The notes beneath the pieces are model-generated. The model was given only the letters and a program-made list of their open reading frames with translations. It was not told the DNA's origin and ran no database searches. 58,485 nt of DNA from Candidatus Woesearchaeota archaeon (lineage in GTDB: Archaea > Nanobdellota > Nanobdellia > Pacearchaeales > GW2011-AR1), in contig CAYMES010000002.1 of the NCBI GenBank assembly GCA_964389765.1, forward strand, positions 1-58,485, read 5' to 3'. This document shows, piece by piece, positions 36,667 to 46,643 of the stretch. Numbering within the stretch: the first letter of the stretch is position 1; each line of letters starts with the position of its first letter. Both the position numbers and the translations under genes were made by a program.

Positions 36667-36752
36667 GACTTTTTAAGAAAATAAGGTTATTTAAATTTAA
36701 CATAAATTAGCTTTATCGTAATTTTTAAATACCCTTTTATATTTAGATAAAA

Positions 36753-37823
36753 ATGGGAAGGAACAAAGAAAAAGAGAGCCTACTTGTTAGAAGTTTGGAG
36801 AGATTTCAAAAAACATACATAGGGGAAAAAGTTATTAGAGGAGTTTATGATTTTTTAATAAGAAATTTTCCTGATTATTTTCATCAAAAAGTACAGAGTT
36901 CAAAAGAATATAATAGTTTAATTTCTTGTTATTCTGAATTAAGAGGAGATTTTGAGAATACTAGAGCTAGTTTAGATAAAGAGGAAAAAACAAGACAAGG
37001 AGCAGATAAAAGAATTAAGGATATTGGAAGAGAATTAAGGATGGTTTATAAAGAACAAGAAAATCTGAGAAATATTTTAGCATTATCATATGAACAAAGG
37101 AGAAAAATGCAAGAAAAAGTAAAAATATGTTCTCCTGAAAGATTAGTTGAATTAGAAAAAATGCTTCAAAAAAAAGATAAAGTTCTTGATCAAAGAGATA
37201 AATTAATCCAGTTTCAGAGACAGACTATTTCTCAAGAAAGAAGAGCTTATAAATTTTTAAAAGCTCAAGAAAGAAAAAATATGCTTAGCTCTTGTATTCA
37301 GGATAATGCTGATAGAAAAGAAGCTGTTTTTATTTTAAATCATTCAGGAAGAATAATTGCTCAATCAGAACATGCAAAGAAAGTATATGGAGATTTAGAA
37401 AGAAGACATTATTTTGATTTAGTTTCAGGTTCAGATTCAGAAAAACAAGCAGTAAAAAGAGAATTTAATAAAGAAACTGAAGGATGGATTGAGTTAAATA
37501 TTTGGAAAAATGGAGGAAAACATAACCAATCTGAAGCTGTTCCAGAATCTGCACATATAAAAGTTAGTCCTAAATATTTTTTAGAAAGAGTTGAAAATGG
37601 AAGAACTCAAGAGCTAAGAAATGTTGAAGTAAGATATGGAACAGTAATTGAAGTTTCAAGACATCCATTTAAAGAAACTCTTAAAAGAATCATGTCAGGA
37701 GAAAAAGTTTTTCAAGAAAAATTAAGGAAGAAAATGCAAGGGCTCCAGGAAGCTTTGGAAACTTCGAAGAGATTTGAAGAACAGGAAAAGAAAGGTGGTT
37801 TAGAAGGATTAAGTCCTGCTTAA
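36753..37823 (+). CDS. Coiled-coil protein with PAS-like segment
   Basis: Long heptad-like charged region, then AVFILNHSGRIIAQSEHAKKVYG. Weak call. Confidence 0.35.
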   Translation: MGRNKEKESLLVRSLERFQKTYIGEKVIRGVYDFLIRNFPDYFHQKVQSSKEYNSLISCYSELRGDFENTRASLDKEEKTRQGADKRIKDIGRELRMVYKEQENLRNILALSYEQRRKMQEKVKICSPERLVELEKMLQKKDKVLDQRDKLIQFQRQTISQERRAYKFLKAQERKNMLSSCIQDNADRKEAVFILNHSGRIIAQSEHAKKVYGDLERRHYFDLVSGSDSEKQAVKREFNKETEGWIELNIWKNGGKHNQSEAVPESAHIKVSPKYFLERVENGRTQELRNVEVRYGTVIEVSRHPFKETLKRIMSGEKVFQEKLRKKMQGLQEALETSKRFEEQEKKGGLEGLSPA

Positions 37824-37837
37824 TAGAGTTTTTTTGA

Positions 37838-38302
37838 TTAATTTTTAATACGCCTTTCTTTTGGAACAAAATTAAATATGGTTCTTCCATTTGATTTTCC
37901 ACACCCTACAATATCATTATTATTTTTCAATATTATAATTCCTTCTTTAATCTTTTTTTTAAATTCTATATCTTGTCCTTTTAACCATTTTTTAATTTGG
38001 GAGAGGTTAATTTCTACTATATTTTTTTGAATTTGATTTTTAAATAAAGATACAGCATCATGACTTAGTCTTATTTCTTTGTCTTGATTTTCTTGTTTAG
38101 CTATATATAATCCAATAATCTCTATATTTATGTTTCTTGCAAGTATAGAGATTTCTTCTTTGGAAAGATTTCCAGAAAAAGCTCTTATCTTGCTTTTTCC
38201 TGACTTAAATAAGAGATAATTTAAATTATCTATTCCAAATTGTTGTTTTAATTTTTTAAGAGTTTTCTTTTTTTCTCCTTTTGGCATGAATTTAAGGTTC
38301 AT
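37838..38302 (-). CDS. PUA-domain RNA-binding protein, Nip7-like
   Basis: 154 aa. The C-terminal IIILKNNNDIVGCGKSNGRTIFNFVPKERRI resembles the archaeal Nip7 PUA end. Confidence 0.45.
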   Translation of the reverse strand: MNLKFMPKGEKKKTLKKLKQQFGIDNLNYLLFKSGKSKIRAFSGNLSKEEISILARNINIEIIGLYIAKQENQDKEIRLSHDAVSLFKNQIQKNIVEINLSQIKKWLKGQDIEFKKKIKEGIIILKNNNDIVGCGKSNGRTIFNFVPKERRIKN

Positions 38303-38328
38303 TTTTCTGTTTATTCTGATTTAGGTAT

Positions 38329-38595
38329 TCATTTATATACTTTATCGTGATGATCAGCATAATAGATGATTATGGTTTTTCTGTTATGATTTATTTTAAA
38401 AATTAATACAAAGTGTTGACCTATATGAATCTTATTAAATGTTTGTAATGGCTTTTTTAGGAACTTATATAGATAATAATGATTTTTTCTTATTTCTTGA
38501 ATCTTTTTATTAATTATTTTTAGTTGTTTTGGATTCTTCTTTGAAAGTTTTTTAAATGTTTTATGTGCCTCTTCTTTAACTTTTAGAGCATACAT
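38329..38595 (-). CDS. relE: RelE/ParE-superfamily toxin
   Basis: 88 aa with an N-terminal helix-pair pattern (A.K.FKKL.KKNP...I..KI.EI) and a C-terminal ..IIIYYADHHDKVYK. Confidence 0.55.
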   Translation of the reverse strand: MYALKVKEEAHKTFKKLSKKNPKQLKIINKKIQEIRKNHYYLYKFLKKPLQTFNKIHIGQHFVLIFKINHNRKTIIIYYADHHDKVYK

Positions 38596-38628
38596 TTTAG
38601 TTTAATATGTATACTTTTGAAAAATCCT

Positions 38629-38829
38629 CTATTTTAATACTTTTTGTCTTTCTATTTCATTAATCTTTTTTATAAATTCAGGTTTTAATTTTGGTTCATC
38701 CTCTTGTCCTATATATTTTTTAGTCACAAAATTTATTGCTTCTTCTTTATCTTTTAGCCCATATTTTGCTTTAATTATATTTAAGATTCTATTAGCATTT
38801 TCATCTATTTTAATTAAAGCATTTACCAT
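38629..38829 (-). CDS. Putative cognate antitoxin
   Basis: 66-aa ORF immediately upstream of the toxin. IKIDENANRILNIIKAKYGLKDKEEAINF resembles DUF2683-type antitoxins. Confidence 0.45.
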   Translation of the reverse strand: MVNALIKIDENANRILNIIKAKYGLKDKEEAINFVTKKYIGQEDEPKLKPEFIKKINEIERQKVLK

Positions 38830-38849
38830 TTTAATATAATTATTTTAAT

Positions 38850-39311
38850 TTATTTATGAACTTTGTGTTTTTTTATGAAGATTTTTTCCATATAAACAAC
38901 AGGAAGTCTTTTTTTATCTTTAAATTTTTTAATTCTTTTATAATTATTTTTTAAGTAAAATCTCTCAGATTCTGGGTGAGTATATAAGAATAGTTTTTCA
39001 ATTTTATTTTTTTTAGCTTGTTTTTCAATTTTTCTTAATATTAAAGAACCAACTCCTTTTTTTTGAAAGTTTGGAGAAGTATACATGTTAATTATCTCTC
39101 CTTTTTTTAAAGCTCCTACACCAATTATCTTTCCATTATGTTCACATATAAAATATTCTTTTTCACCTGCTTTTGTCAGCTGTTCAGGAGAAGTTTGTTT
39201 TTTAATTATTTTTTGTTCTCTTTTTTTAAGAACTTTAGATTGTTTCATTGTATCTTCAATTAATTTGTTAACTTGTTTTGCATCTTTTTTTTGAAGTTTT
39301 CTAATTTTCAT
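38850..39311 (-). CDS. GNAT N-acetyltransferase
   Basis: IIGVGAL...FQKKGVGSLILRKIEKQAKK (Q/RxxGxG acetyl-CoA motif). Confidence 0.8.
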   Translation of the reverse strand: MKIRKLQKKDAKQVNKLIEDTMKQSKVLKKREQKIIKKQTSPEQLTKAGEKEYFICEHNGKIIGVGALKKGEIINMYTSPNFQKKGVGSLILRKIEKQAKKNKIEKLFLYTHPESERFYLKNNYKRIKKFKDKKRLPVVYMEKIFIKKHKVHK

Positions 39312-39693
39312 TTAATTCTTTTAATATTGAAATATCTCCTGGATTCATCTTTAATTTTAATGCTTTTTCAATATCTGTTAGAAATGGCTTCCCTTCTTCA
39401 CATTTTATTTTATTCAAATCAGGAATTAATGCAAAAAAAATAAAATATTCTATTTCTAAGTTTATTTCAGGAATTTTTTTTATTGTATGTTTATAGAATT
39501 TAAAATTCTTTATAAGGATGTTAAGTTCTTCTTTTATTTCTCTTTTTAGAGTTTGTTCTGGATTTTCTCCTTCTTCTACTTTTCCTCCAAAAAAACCATA
39601 TTCAAAATTATATTTGTCCCAAGGCCTTCTATCTTGGATTAGTATTTTTTTTCCTTTTTTAAATATAGCTATTGATACTTTTTTCTTATTCAT
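39301..39693 (-). CDS. Nudix hydrolase (MutT-like)
   Basis: Nudix box GGKVEEGENPEQTLKREIKEELN. Confidence 0.8.
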   Translation of the reverse strand: MNKKKVSIAIFKKGKKILIQDRRPWDKYNFEYGFFGGKVEEGENPEQTLKREIKEELNILIKNFKFYKHTIKKIPEINLEIEYFIFFALIPDLNKIKCEEGKPFLTDIEKALKLKMNPGDISILKELNEN

Positions 39694-39702
39694 TTTTTCT
39701 GT

Positions 39703-40227
39703 TTATTCTAAAAAATTTAATCCCTTTGTTATATCTAAAGTTATTATTAAATTGTCTTGTAATTCTTGAATTTGTTGAATTATTTTTATATTTTGTCCAA
39801 TATCTAGTTGAAAAACTTTTTTATTATAATTTTTTATAGCTTGAATAGTTTCAGAAAGAGTCAGAGCTCTTCCACTTAATGCAATAACAGCATCACATTT
39901 GTCAATATAATATGCATCTCTTATTGCATAGTTGTAATTTGTTTGTATTTTTTTATCAGGTTTTGGAGTTTTGATTTTTTTATTACTTTCTTTATTTTTA
40001 TATTCTTCTATAGCAAGATATGCTGTCCATTTTTTTCCTCTTGCTTTTTTATAAGCAGAAACAACATGTTTTTGCAGTCCACCTACTTCTCCGGTAACAA
40101 TTTCATAATTTCTTTTTGCTATTTCTTTTCCAAGTTGTTCAGATAATTTCTGATGTTTTTTTATCTTGTGTTCTTTGTCATTATCTCTGCATGAACCAAT
40201 TATCAGGATTTTCATTTTTCCTTCCAA
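39703..40227 (-). CDS. LOG/TIGR00725-like Rossmann-fold protein
   Basis: KILIIGS..., EIVTGEVGGLQ and DAVIALSGRALTLSE layout. Confidence 0.4.
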   Translation of the reverse strand: MEGKMKILIIGSCRDNDKEHKIKKHQKLSEQLGKEIAKRNYEIVTGEVGGLQKHVVSAYKKARGKKWTAYLAIEEYKNKESNKKIKTPKPDKKIQTNYNYAIRDAYYIDKCDAVIALSGRALTLSETIQAIKNYNKKVFQLDIGQNIKIIQQIQELQDNLIITLDITKGLNFLE

Positions 40228-40433
40228 TTTTTACAATTTATTTTTAAAGATATGTCAGAATCTTGATTTAATTCACATAATACCCATGGATTTTCGGGAT
40301 TTTCTCTATCTTCTGAATCAGTATCTACAAATTCATTTTGAAGAGGGCTATAGTATTTGCAAGTAAAGCATCCTTTATATTTTTTTCCTCTTGCTTTTTT
40401 TATTATCTCATTAAGATATTTTTCATCAGCCAT
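40212..40433 (-). CDS. Small Cys-containing hypothetical protein
   Basis: 73-aa ORF. Confidence 0.3.
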   Translation of the reverse strand: MADEKYLNEIIKKARGKKYKGCFTCKYYSPLQNEFVDTDSEDRENPENPWVLCELNQDSDISLKINCKNWKEK

Positions 40434-40443
40434 TTTCTATAAT

Positions 40444-41424
40444 TTAGAGGGATTTTTTTAATTTAGCAAGAAAAAATCCTTCTGTATTGTTGTCTTGTGG
40501 CCAGATTCTGACAGCTTTTTTCATATCTGGATGAAATTTCTTATCTTGCCATGATATTAGTCCTTGTCTTGTTTTTATTTCTTTTGGCAAATCTATGGGT
40601 TGAAGTTTTAAATTGAAGTTTTTGATAAGGAAATCAACAACTTCTTCATTTTCTTCAGGAGTATGGGTGCATGTTGAATATATTATTTCTCTATTTTGCT
40701 TTAATAAAGGAATAGCAGATGCAGAAATCTTCTTTTGCAAGCGGGAAAGTTTTTCAATTACTTTTAAATTCCACATTAAAAATGTTTTTGGTGAAGAACG
40801 AAGAGTGCCTTCTCCTGAACAAGGAACATCTAAAAGAATTTTGTCAAATTTCATCCCTATATTTTCTAATTTTTTACATAATTGAACCGAATCTTGTCTT
40901 GTTATTATTGTGTTTGTGCATCCACATCTTTCTAAGTTGCTTATTAAGATTTTTAATCTTCCTATATTTTTATCATTTGCAATTATTGTTCCTTTATTTT
41001 TCATTAATGTAGCTGCCTGGGTTGTTTTGCTTCCTGGAGCTGCACAACAATCAAATAATAAATCTTCTTGCTTTGGATTTAAAGCAAGGATAGGTAGCAT
41101 TGAACTTATTTCTTGAATATAATAATATCCTATCAGATGTTCTGATGATTTTCCTAATTCTCCTGGTTGTAGATTGCTTTTTTTATCAATAATCATAATT
41201 TCTGGATGATTTTTAAATGGCTGTTTAATTTTCCATCCTTTGTTTTCTAATTTTTGTTTTAATTTATCAGTAGATATTTTTAAAGTATTACAACGAATTG
41301 TTTTTGGAGCTTCGCTCTTAAGAATTTTCCAAAATGAATCTGTATCTGATTTATCAGGAAGAAGTTTTTTTAATCTACTAATAAATTCTTTTTTAGGCTG
41401 ATAGTTTTTTCTATTTTTTTTCAT
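40444..41424 (-). CDS. RNA (cytosine-C5)-methyltransferase, NOL1/NOP2/Sun (RsmB) family
   Basis: DCCAAPGSKTTQ, ILLDVPCSGEGTLR and IYSTCT motifs. Confidence 0.88.
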   Translation of the reverse strand: MKKNRKNYQPKKEFISRLKKLLPDKSDTDSFWKILKSEAPKTIRCNTLKISTDKLKQKLENKGWKIKQPFKNHPEIMIIDKKSNLQPGELGKSSEHLIGYYYIQEISSMLPILALNPKQEDLLFDCCAAPGSKTTQAATLMKNKGTIIANDKNIGRLKILISNLERCGCTNTIITRQDSVQLCKKLENIGMKFDKILLDVPCSGEGTLRSSPKTFLMWNLKVIEKLSRLQKKISASAIPLLKQNREIIYSTCTHTPEENEEVVDFLIKNFNLKLQPIDLPKEIKTRQGLISWQDKKFHPDMKKAVRIWPQDNNTEGFFLAKLKKSL

Positions 41425-41482
41425 TTTTAATATTTTAAAAACAGATAATAAACTTTATAAACTATTTTATCTATTTTTAAAT

Positions 41483-42394
41483 ATGCAAAAAAAAGGTTGG
41501 GGAGATTTATTTGTAGAAAGTTTTAAAGAATATGGACAGAAGTTCAAAACGTTTTTGTTAGTTTTTATATTCTTGTTTTTGATTCCACTATTTATTGTCG
41601 GGGTAATTGTTATGATTCTTTTTTTTATGGTTTTTGCAATACCTTCTTTATCAGGAATGACAATTTCTGGTTTAGCTTCACAAGAAACAATTGAATTAAT
41701 AAGTCATAGTCCAAGTACATCAACTATGTCTCTATTATTGGGTGTTTTTATAGCTATTATTTTTGTAATATTTATTTTAGCATTTATTCTTTTAACTACT
41801 TTAATTAATTTAAGTTATATAATTATTGGTTTTAGTAGCAAGGAAATAGGAGCTAAAAAAGCAGTTAAACAAGGATGGAAATATTTTTGGAGATATCTTT
41901 TTTTATGGGTTCTTATTATGTTAATTTTTATTGCTTTATTTATTCCAGATGTTATTTTTATATTAATAACAGTTTTTGCATGGAGTTCTTTTAATATGGG
42001 TTTAAAAATATTTTTTATTCTTTTAGATGTTCTGTTGTTTTTTGCAGGAGTTATTTTTTGGATAATGATTACGAATTATCTTATTTTCTCCCAGTATGTT
42101 TTGATAAAAGAAAATACAAGAATTGTAGAAAGTATGAGAAAATCTTGGAAAATGGTTAAAGGAAGATGGTGGAAAGTTTTTGGTTATGCCTTGTTGTTTG
42201 GATTAGTTATGTCAGGATTTTCTCTTGCATTTTCAATGATATTACTTCCTTTTAATTTTTTAGGAAGTCTATTTTTTCCATTAGGTATGATATCAGGGTT
42301 TTTGCCATATGCATTTAATTATTTATTTTTAATACCTTTTTCAATATTGTTTTTTAAGAATTTTTATCTTAGTTTGAAAGAAGGAAGGAAATAA
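41483..42394 (+). CDS. Polytopic membrane protein
   Basis: At least six hydrophobic helices, 303 aa. Confidence 0.6.
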   Translation: MQKKGWGDLFVESFKEYGQKFKTFLLVFIFLFLIPLFIVGVIVMILFFMVFAIPSLSGMTISGLASQETIELISHSPSTSTMSLLLGVFIAIIFVIFILAFILLTTLINLSYIIIGFSSKEIGAKKAVKQGWKYFWRYLFLWVLIMLIFIALFIPDVIFILITVFAWSSFNMGLKIFFILLDVLLFFAGVIFWIMITNYLIFSQYVLIKENTRIVESMRKSWKMVKGRWWKVFGYALLFGLVMSGFSLAFSMILLPFNFLGSLFFPLGMISGFLPYAFNYLFLIPFSILFFKNFYLSLKEGRK

Positions 42395-42546
42395 TTAAAA
42401 GAAAGGTAGATAATTCGAAATAATTTAAATATAGTATTTAATAGATAATATTAATGAGGATAGTAACAAGATGACTTTATATCTAATTTTTGAGAAAATG
42501 CTAAAAATATTAAGATAATAGGATTATAATTATTTAAAAAATGAAG

Positions 42547-43218
42547 TTATAGAATTTCTACTATATCTCCAATATTTTTATTTAGTTTATATAGTTTAGG
42601 AGGACGATGAGAAACATCTTTTTTTAGTTCTTTTGTAGGTTTGACAAGATTAAGTGAGAAGATTTTTTTTCTGAAATTTCTCTTGTCAAATTTTTTGTTA
42701 AACACAATTTCATAAATTTTTTGTAGGGATGTTAGGGTGAATTTTTTTGGAAGTAAAGAAAAAGCAACAGTAGTATATCCAAATTTCCACTTTAATCTTT
42801 TGATAGCATATTCAAGAATCTCTTGATGGTCAAATGCAAGTTGAGGAAATTTATAAGCAGAAAACCATCTTGCATCAGATGCATCTGTAGAAGCCCTTAA
42901 TTTTTGTTGTTCTGATTTTATTAAGACAAAATAAGCAACTGTTATAACTCTTCCTCTTGGATCTCTTTCTGGATTTCCAAAAGTATATAACTGTTCTAAA
43001 TATGCAGTTTTAACTCCTGTTTCTTCTTCTAATTCACGTTTAGCAGCTTGTTCAAGACTTTCATCAAGATGAACAAATCCTCCAGGAAGTGCCCATTTAT
43101 CTTTAAATGGTGCAACTCCTCTTTTAATAAGTAAAACTTTAAGATCATTATCTTTAATAGTGAATATAACTATATCTGCAGTTACTGCTGGTTTTGGAAA
43201 ATCTTTAAGATTTTTCAT
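42547..43218 (-). CDS. nrtR: NrtR-type Nudix-related transcriptional regulator (Nudix plus C-terminal winged helix)
   Basis: WALPGGFVHLDESLEQAAKRELEEETG Nudix box, FDHQEILEYAIKRLKWKFGYTTVAFSLLPKKFTLTSLQKIYE C-terminal domain, and position at the end of the NAD cluster. Confidence 0.75.
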   Translation of the reverse strand: MKNLKDFPKPAVTADIVIFTIKDNDLKVLLIKRGVAPFKDKWALPGGFVHLDESLEQAAKRELEEETGVKTAYLEQLYTFGNPERDPRGRVITVAYFVLIKSEQQKLRASTDASDARWFSAYKFPQLAFDHQEILEYAIKRLKWKFGYTTVAFSLLPKKFTLTSLQKIYEIVFNKKFDKRNFRKKIFSLNLVKPTKELKKDVSHRPPKLYKLNKNIGDIVEIL

Positions 43219-43235
43219 AGTGTTATTAAGACAAT
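43219..43235. promoter_or_regulatory. Candidate NrtR operator (AGTGT-N7-ACAAT)
   Basis: agtgttattaagacaat sits directly upstream of the nrtR ATG, between a TATA-like atatttaaat and the start codon. It is similar to 52334-52350. Confidence 0.35.
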
Positions 43236-43268
43236 AAGATATTTAAATCTTATCAATTTTTTTAAGAA

Positions 43269-44141
43269 CTACATTAATATAGCACCAGGATATTGCCAGT
43301 CATATCTCAGATGTCCATCTGGAAAAAATATAAGTTGTCTTAGTTCGTCTGTATCTGCTTTAATAGTTAGACAGTCTGAATTTGCAATATTCTGTCCATT
43401 TAAATCATAGACAATTGCTCCATGTCCAAGAGTCATTAGTTTTCTTGCATTTTTTTGAAGAAAATTCCCAATTTCTTTTATTTTTGATTTGGGAAGAGCA
43501 TGTTTTTTTGTCCATTCACGTATTTTTTTATTTTCAGAATTTTCAGAAGCTTTTATTGAGCGTATTGTTAGTTGTTCTACATTATTTTTCTTTGCAAATT
43601 GTGCAAGTTTTTTAACTTCCTTTACACTGTCAATTGAACCTTTAAACATCATGCAACATAATCTTATAGAATATCCAATATCATGCAGATTTTTAATAAC
43701 TTCTTCTAAATCTATATATTCTGAGTTAGGAGTATAGACTTTTTTGTTTTTATCTTTAGAATAATTAACTATAGAAATTGCCATTGTGTTAAGTCCTAAT
43801 TCTTTCCATTTTTTTAAATAAGGTTTATATTTTTGAAATTGTTTTCCAAAAACTAATGCATTTGTCTGGAGTTCTATTAAAGGAAAGTTGAATTTTTTCA
43901 TATGTTTTAGAAATTCTGTAAGTTGTTCAGGATATAGGGTGGGTTCTCCTTTCCCAGTTATTAGAACTGTAGATACTCCATTAACTTGAGATAATCTGCA
44001 TGCTTTTTCAAAATTTCCCCAATTAACTTTTGGTTGTTTAAAATTAACTCCTTGTTTAGGAGTCATCTTAGAAATACAATAAGGGCATTTCGCATTACAA
44101 GCAGCAGTTCCAGCAACAATTGTGAAGGTTTGGATTTTCAT
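43269..44141 (-). CDS. Radical SAM enzyme of unknown function
   Basis: CNAKCPYC (CxxxCxxC) near the N-terminus and ITGKGEPTLYPE (GGE-like SAM motif). Confidence 0.75.
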   Translation of the reverse strand: MKIQTFTIVAGTAACNAKCPYCISKMTPKQGVNFKQPKVNWGNFEKACRLSQVNGVSTVLITGKGEPTLYPEQLTEFLKHMKKFNFPLIELQTNALVFGKQFQKYKPYLKKWKELGLNTMAISIVNYSKDKNKKVYTPNSEYIDLEEVIKNLHDIGYSIRLCCMMFKGSIDSVKEVKKLAQFAKKNNVEQLTIRSIKASENSENKKIREWTKKHALPKSKIKEIGNFLQKNARKLMTLGHGAIVYDLNGQNIANSDCLTIKADTDELRQLIFFPDGHLRYDWQYPGAILM

Positions 44142-44175
44142 TATTCTGCTTTCTTTTTTATTAACTTTAAGGTAT

Positions 44176-44766
44176 TTATTGATATAGATTGTTTTTTTCT
44201 ATATACTGTTTAATTTTTAAAGGAACCATGTTTTTAAAAGGTTTTCTTTTGTTAATATTTTGTCTGATTTTAGTTGAACTTATATTACTTAGAGAGCTGG
44301 TTATTTTAGCAAGAATTTTGAGATTATTTATATTAATAAATTCATATCCTTTTCTTTTAAATATTATAAATTCAGATATATTTAGCAATTGTTTATAATT
44401 ATACCATTTATGAATTTCATATAAGATATCAGAACCAACAACTATGGAAAATTTAAATTTAGGATATTTTTTTTGAAGTTTTTTTAAAGTTTTTAAAGTG
44501 TAATTTTTTCCTTTTGATTTAAGTTCAATTTTAGAGATTTTTATTCTTTTTTTAAAATTAGAAAGAGGAGATATAGCAAGTTTAATCATGTTTATTCTGT
44601 GTTTTGCAGAAATAAGTTTTTTGTTAAATGCATGATTTTTACATGGAATAATCCATAATTCATCTATTAGATTTTTAGATATAATTTTTTTAATTAATTT
44701 AATATGTTCTTTGTGTATGGGATTAAAAGAACCTCCAAATAATCCAATTTTCTTTTTTACTTGCAT
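44176..44766 (-). CDS. nadD: Nicotinate-nucleotide adenylyltransferase (bacterial NadD type)
   Basis: GLFGGSFNPIHKEH (HxGH-type motif) and SSTKIRQNI. Confidence 0.85.
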   Translation of the reverse strand: MQVKKKIGLFGGSFNPIHKEHIKLIKKIISKNLIDELWIIPCKNHAFNKKLISAKHRINMIKLAISPLSNFKKRIKISKIELKSKGKNYTLKTLKKLQKKYPKFKFSIVVGSDILYEIHKWYNYKQLLNISEFIIFKRKGYEFININNLKILAKITSSLSNISSTKIRQNINKRKPFKNMVPLKIKQYIEKNNLYQ

Positions 44767-44767
44767 T

Positions 44768-45553
44768 TTAATTGTTGTTTTTAATAACTTTTAAAGGAAT
44801 ATCTGATATTTTAATTTCCACTATATCTCCAGTATTAAAAGGATAAGTTAAATTTGAGTCAAGAGCTATAATTCCTCCTTCATATCTTAATGATTCAATA
44901 ATTATTTTTTCTTGAGTAGAGATTTTTCCTTGTAATATCTTTGGTTTATAGATATTTCCGAAATATGGCTCTCTGACAATAAACCTTAATTCCTGCTCCT
45001 GAAAATGAAAGGGTTCTCCTCCTGCAGAACTATACCATGCAGTACTTCCAGAACCTGTAGAAATAAGAACTCCTGAACTTCTATGTTCTTCTTTTTTATC
45101 TTTAAATTTTATCCTGTATCTTGAAGTATGAAAATGTCTGTCAGAACCAACATAAATTTCATTTAAAGCATGAAAAGGAATTTCTTTTCCATTTAATTTT
45201 AATTTTGCTCTTGTTCTATGAATAATTTCATGGTTACCTTTTAATATATTGTGAAGTTGATTTAATTCAGATTCTTTTAAACTAGTTAAAGCTCCTTCAC
45301 TCATTTCTGGTTCTGAATTTATTCCTATTATTGGAATGTGTTTTAAAAAATGTGAAGCTCTTATAAAAGTTCCATCTCCTCCTATGGTTATTATCATATC
45401 TGTATCTGAGAAATCTTCTTTTATTAGTTCATGAGAATCTTTTGATAGATATTCCATGTTGTTCTGTCTTAAAATATCTTTTACTTTTTCAATTGTATTT
45501 GCATGGTTTTTTGTCAGCCTTTTGCTGTAAGTTATTAAAATTTTATTAAACAT
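44768..45553 (-). CDS. nadK: NAD kinase
   Basis: IITIGGDGTFIRA, ALNEIYV and STGSGSTAWYSSAGG motifs. Confidence 0.88.
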   Translation of the reverse strand: MFNKILITYSKRLTKNHANTIEKVKDILRQNNMEYLSKDSHELIKEDFSDTDMIITIGGDGTFIRASHFLKHIPIIGINSEPEMSEGALTSLKESELNQLHNILKGNHEIIHRTRAKLKLNGKEIPFHALNEIYVGSDRHFHTSRYRIKFKDKKEEHRSSGVLISTGSGSTAWYSSAGGEPFHFQEQELRFIVREPYFGNIYKPKILQGKISTQEKIIIESLRYEGGIIALDSNLTYPFNTGDIVEIKISDIPLKVIKNNN

Positions 45554-45554
45554 T

Positions 45555-46616
45555 TTAGTTTTTGTTTTTTAATTTATAAAGTTGTTCTCCTAATTTTTTT
45601 ATTTTTTCAGAATCTTTAAGTGTTTTTATCCATTGTTTTGGAAAGATGTTTCCATGTTTAGCTCCTGCTAAAGCTCCATATATTGCTCCAGTAGTGTCAC
45701 AATCTCCTCCATAATTTATTGTTTCAATTAATCCATCTAAAGGTTTATTCCAGTATTTTTGAAACATAAATAATGCAAAAGGATAACTTTCAAAAGCAAG
45801 AGCAGAATTTCCAAGTTTATAAAAAGCATTATCTGAACTTGTTTTTTTGTTTTGAGAAATCCATCTTAGTTTTGATAAAAGACTTCCTCTTTCATATAAT
45901 TTATCTTCAGGAGAAAGAGGTAGTTCATTTTTTTCACAACATTGTAATAAGCTGTTTAAAAATTTTTGTTTTGAAAGGTTATTATCATTCTTTTGAAGTA
46001 AAGTGTAAACTGCATGAGCTTGGACAATACCTCCTGCAATTGCTCTTTTATCTTTATGCGTAGCTTTTGCAACTTGTTCTGAAACTGTTATTCCTAAGTT
46101 ATATTTGCCTGTTGCATGCATGTAAATTCCAATAGGAGAGATTTTCATAATTGGCCCATTTCCTAATCCAGGTGTTATTCCAGATGAATATACGCTAGAC
46201 CCTTTTAAGATATTTTCAAATGCTTTTTTTGTTGTTCCTCCAAATCCTCCTCTAATATGTCCATCTTCTTGCTTGCATTTTTTGTAAGCTTGAACTTGTT
46301 TTTTGCATAAATCTTCTAAATCAAGAGTTTTATTTTGAATAATTGATTTAGCCATTGCAATAGTAAGAATTGTGTCATCTGTATATTCTCCAAGACAGAG
46401 ATCTCTGGTATAATATTTAAGTTCTCCGTGTTCATCTTTTTTTATTATATTGCCTTTATCATCTTTTGGTATTAATGGAGCAATAGGGCAAGTAACCCTG
46501 CCTTCTGGAACATATTTCTGAATATGTTTTTTAGACCAAGCTTCAACTGGCATCCCTAAACAATCCCCAATTCCACACCCTATAAGTGTTGCAATATATT
46601 TTTCTTTAGTTTTCAT
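45555..46616 (-). CDS. ADP-ribosylglycohydrolase (ARH/DraG family)
   Basis: GCGIGDCLGMPVE, YTDDT and GGDCDTTGAIYGALAGA motifs. Confidence 0.85.
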   Translation of the reverse strand: MKTKEKYIATLIGCGIGDCLGMPVEAWSKKHIQKYVPEGRVTCPIAPLIPKDDKGNIIKKDEHGELKYYTRDLCLGEYTDDTILTIAMAKSIIQNKTLDLEDLCKKQVQAYKKCKQEDGHIRGGFGGTTKKAFENILKGSSVYSSGITPGLGNGPIMKISPIGIYMHATGKYNLGITVSEQVAKATHKDKRAIAGGIVQAHAVYTLLQKNDNNLSKQKFLNSLLQCCEKNELPLSPEDKLYERGSLLSKLRWISQNKKTSSDNAFYKLGNSALAFESYPFALFMFQKYWNKPLDGLIETINYGGDCDTTGAIYGALAGAKHGNIFPKQWIKTLKDSEKIKKLGEQLYKLKNKN

Positions 46617-46643
46617 TTTTTCCTCCTTGTTTGTTTTAGGTTT

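Noticed and set aside
39085-41116. Plus-strand ORFs 39085-39294, 39518-39769, 39943-40146, 40166-40366, 40613-40885, 40719-41012 and 40910-41116
   Set aside because: All are antisense to motif-supported minus-strand genes (GNAT, Nudix, LOG-like, NSUN), with Phe/Leu/Ile-rich low-complexity translations typical of AT-rich shadows.
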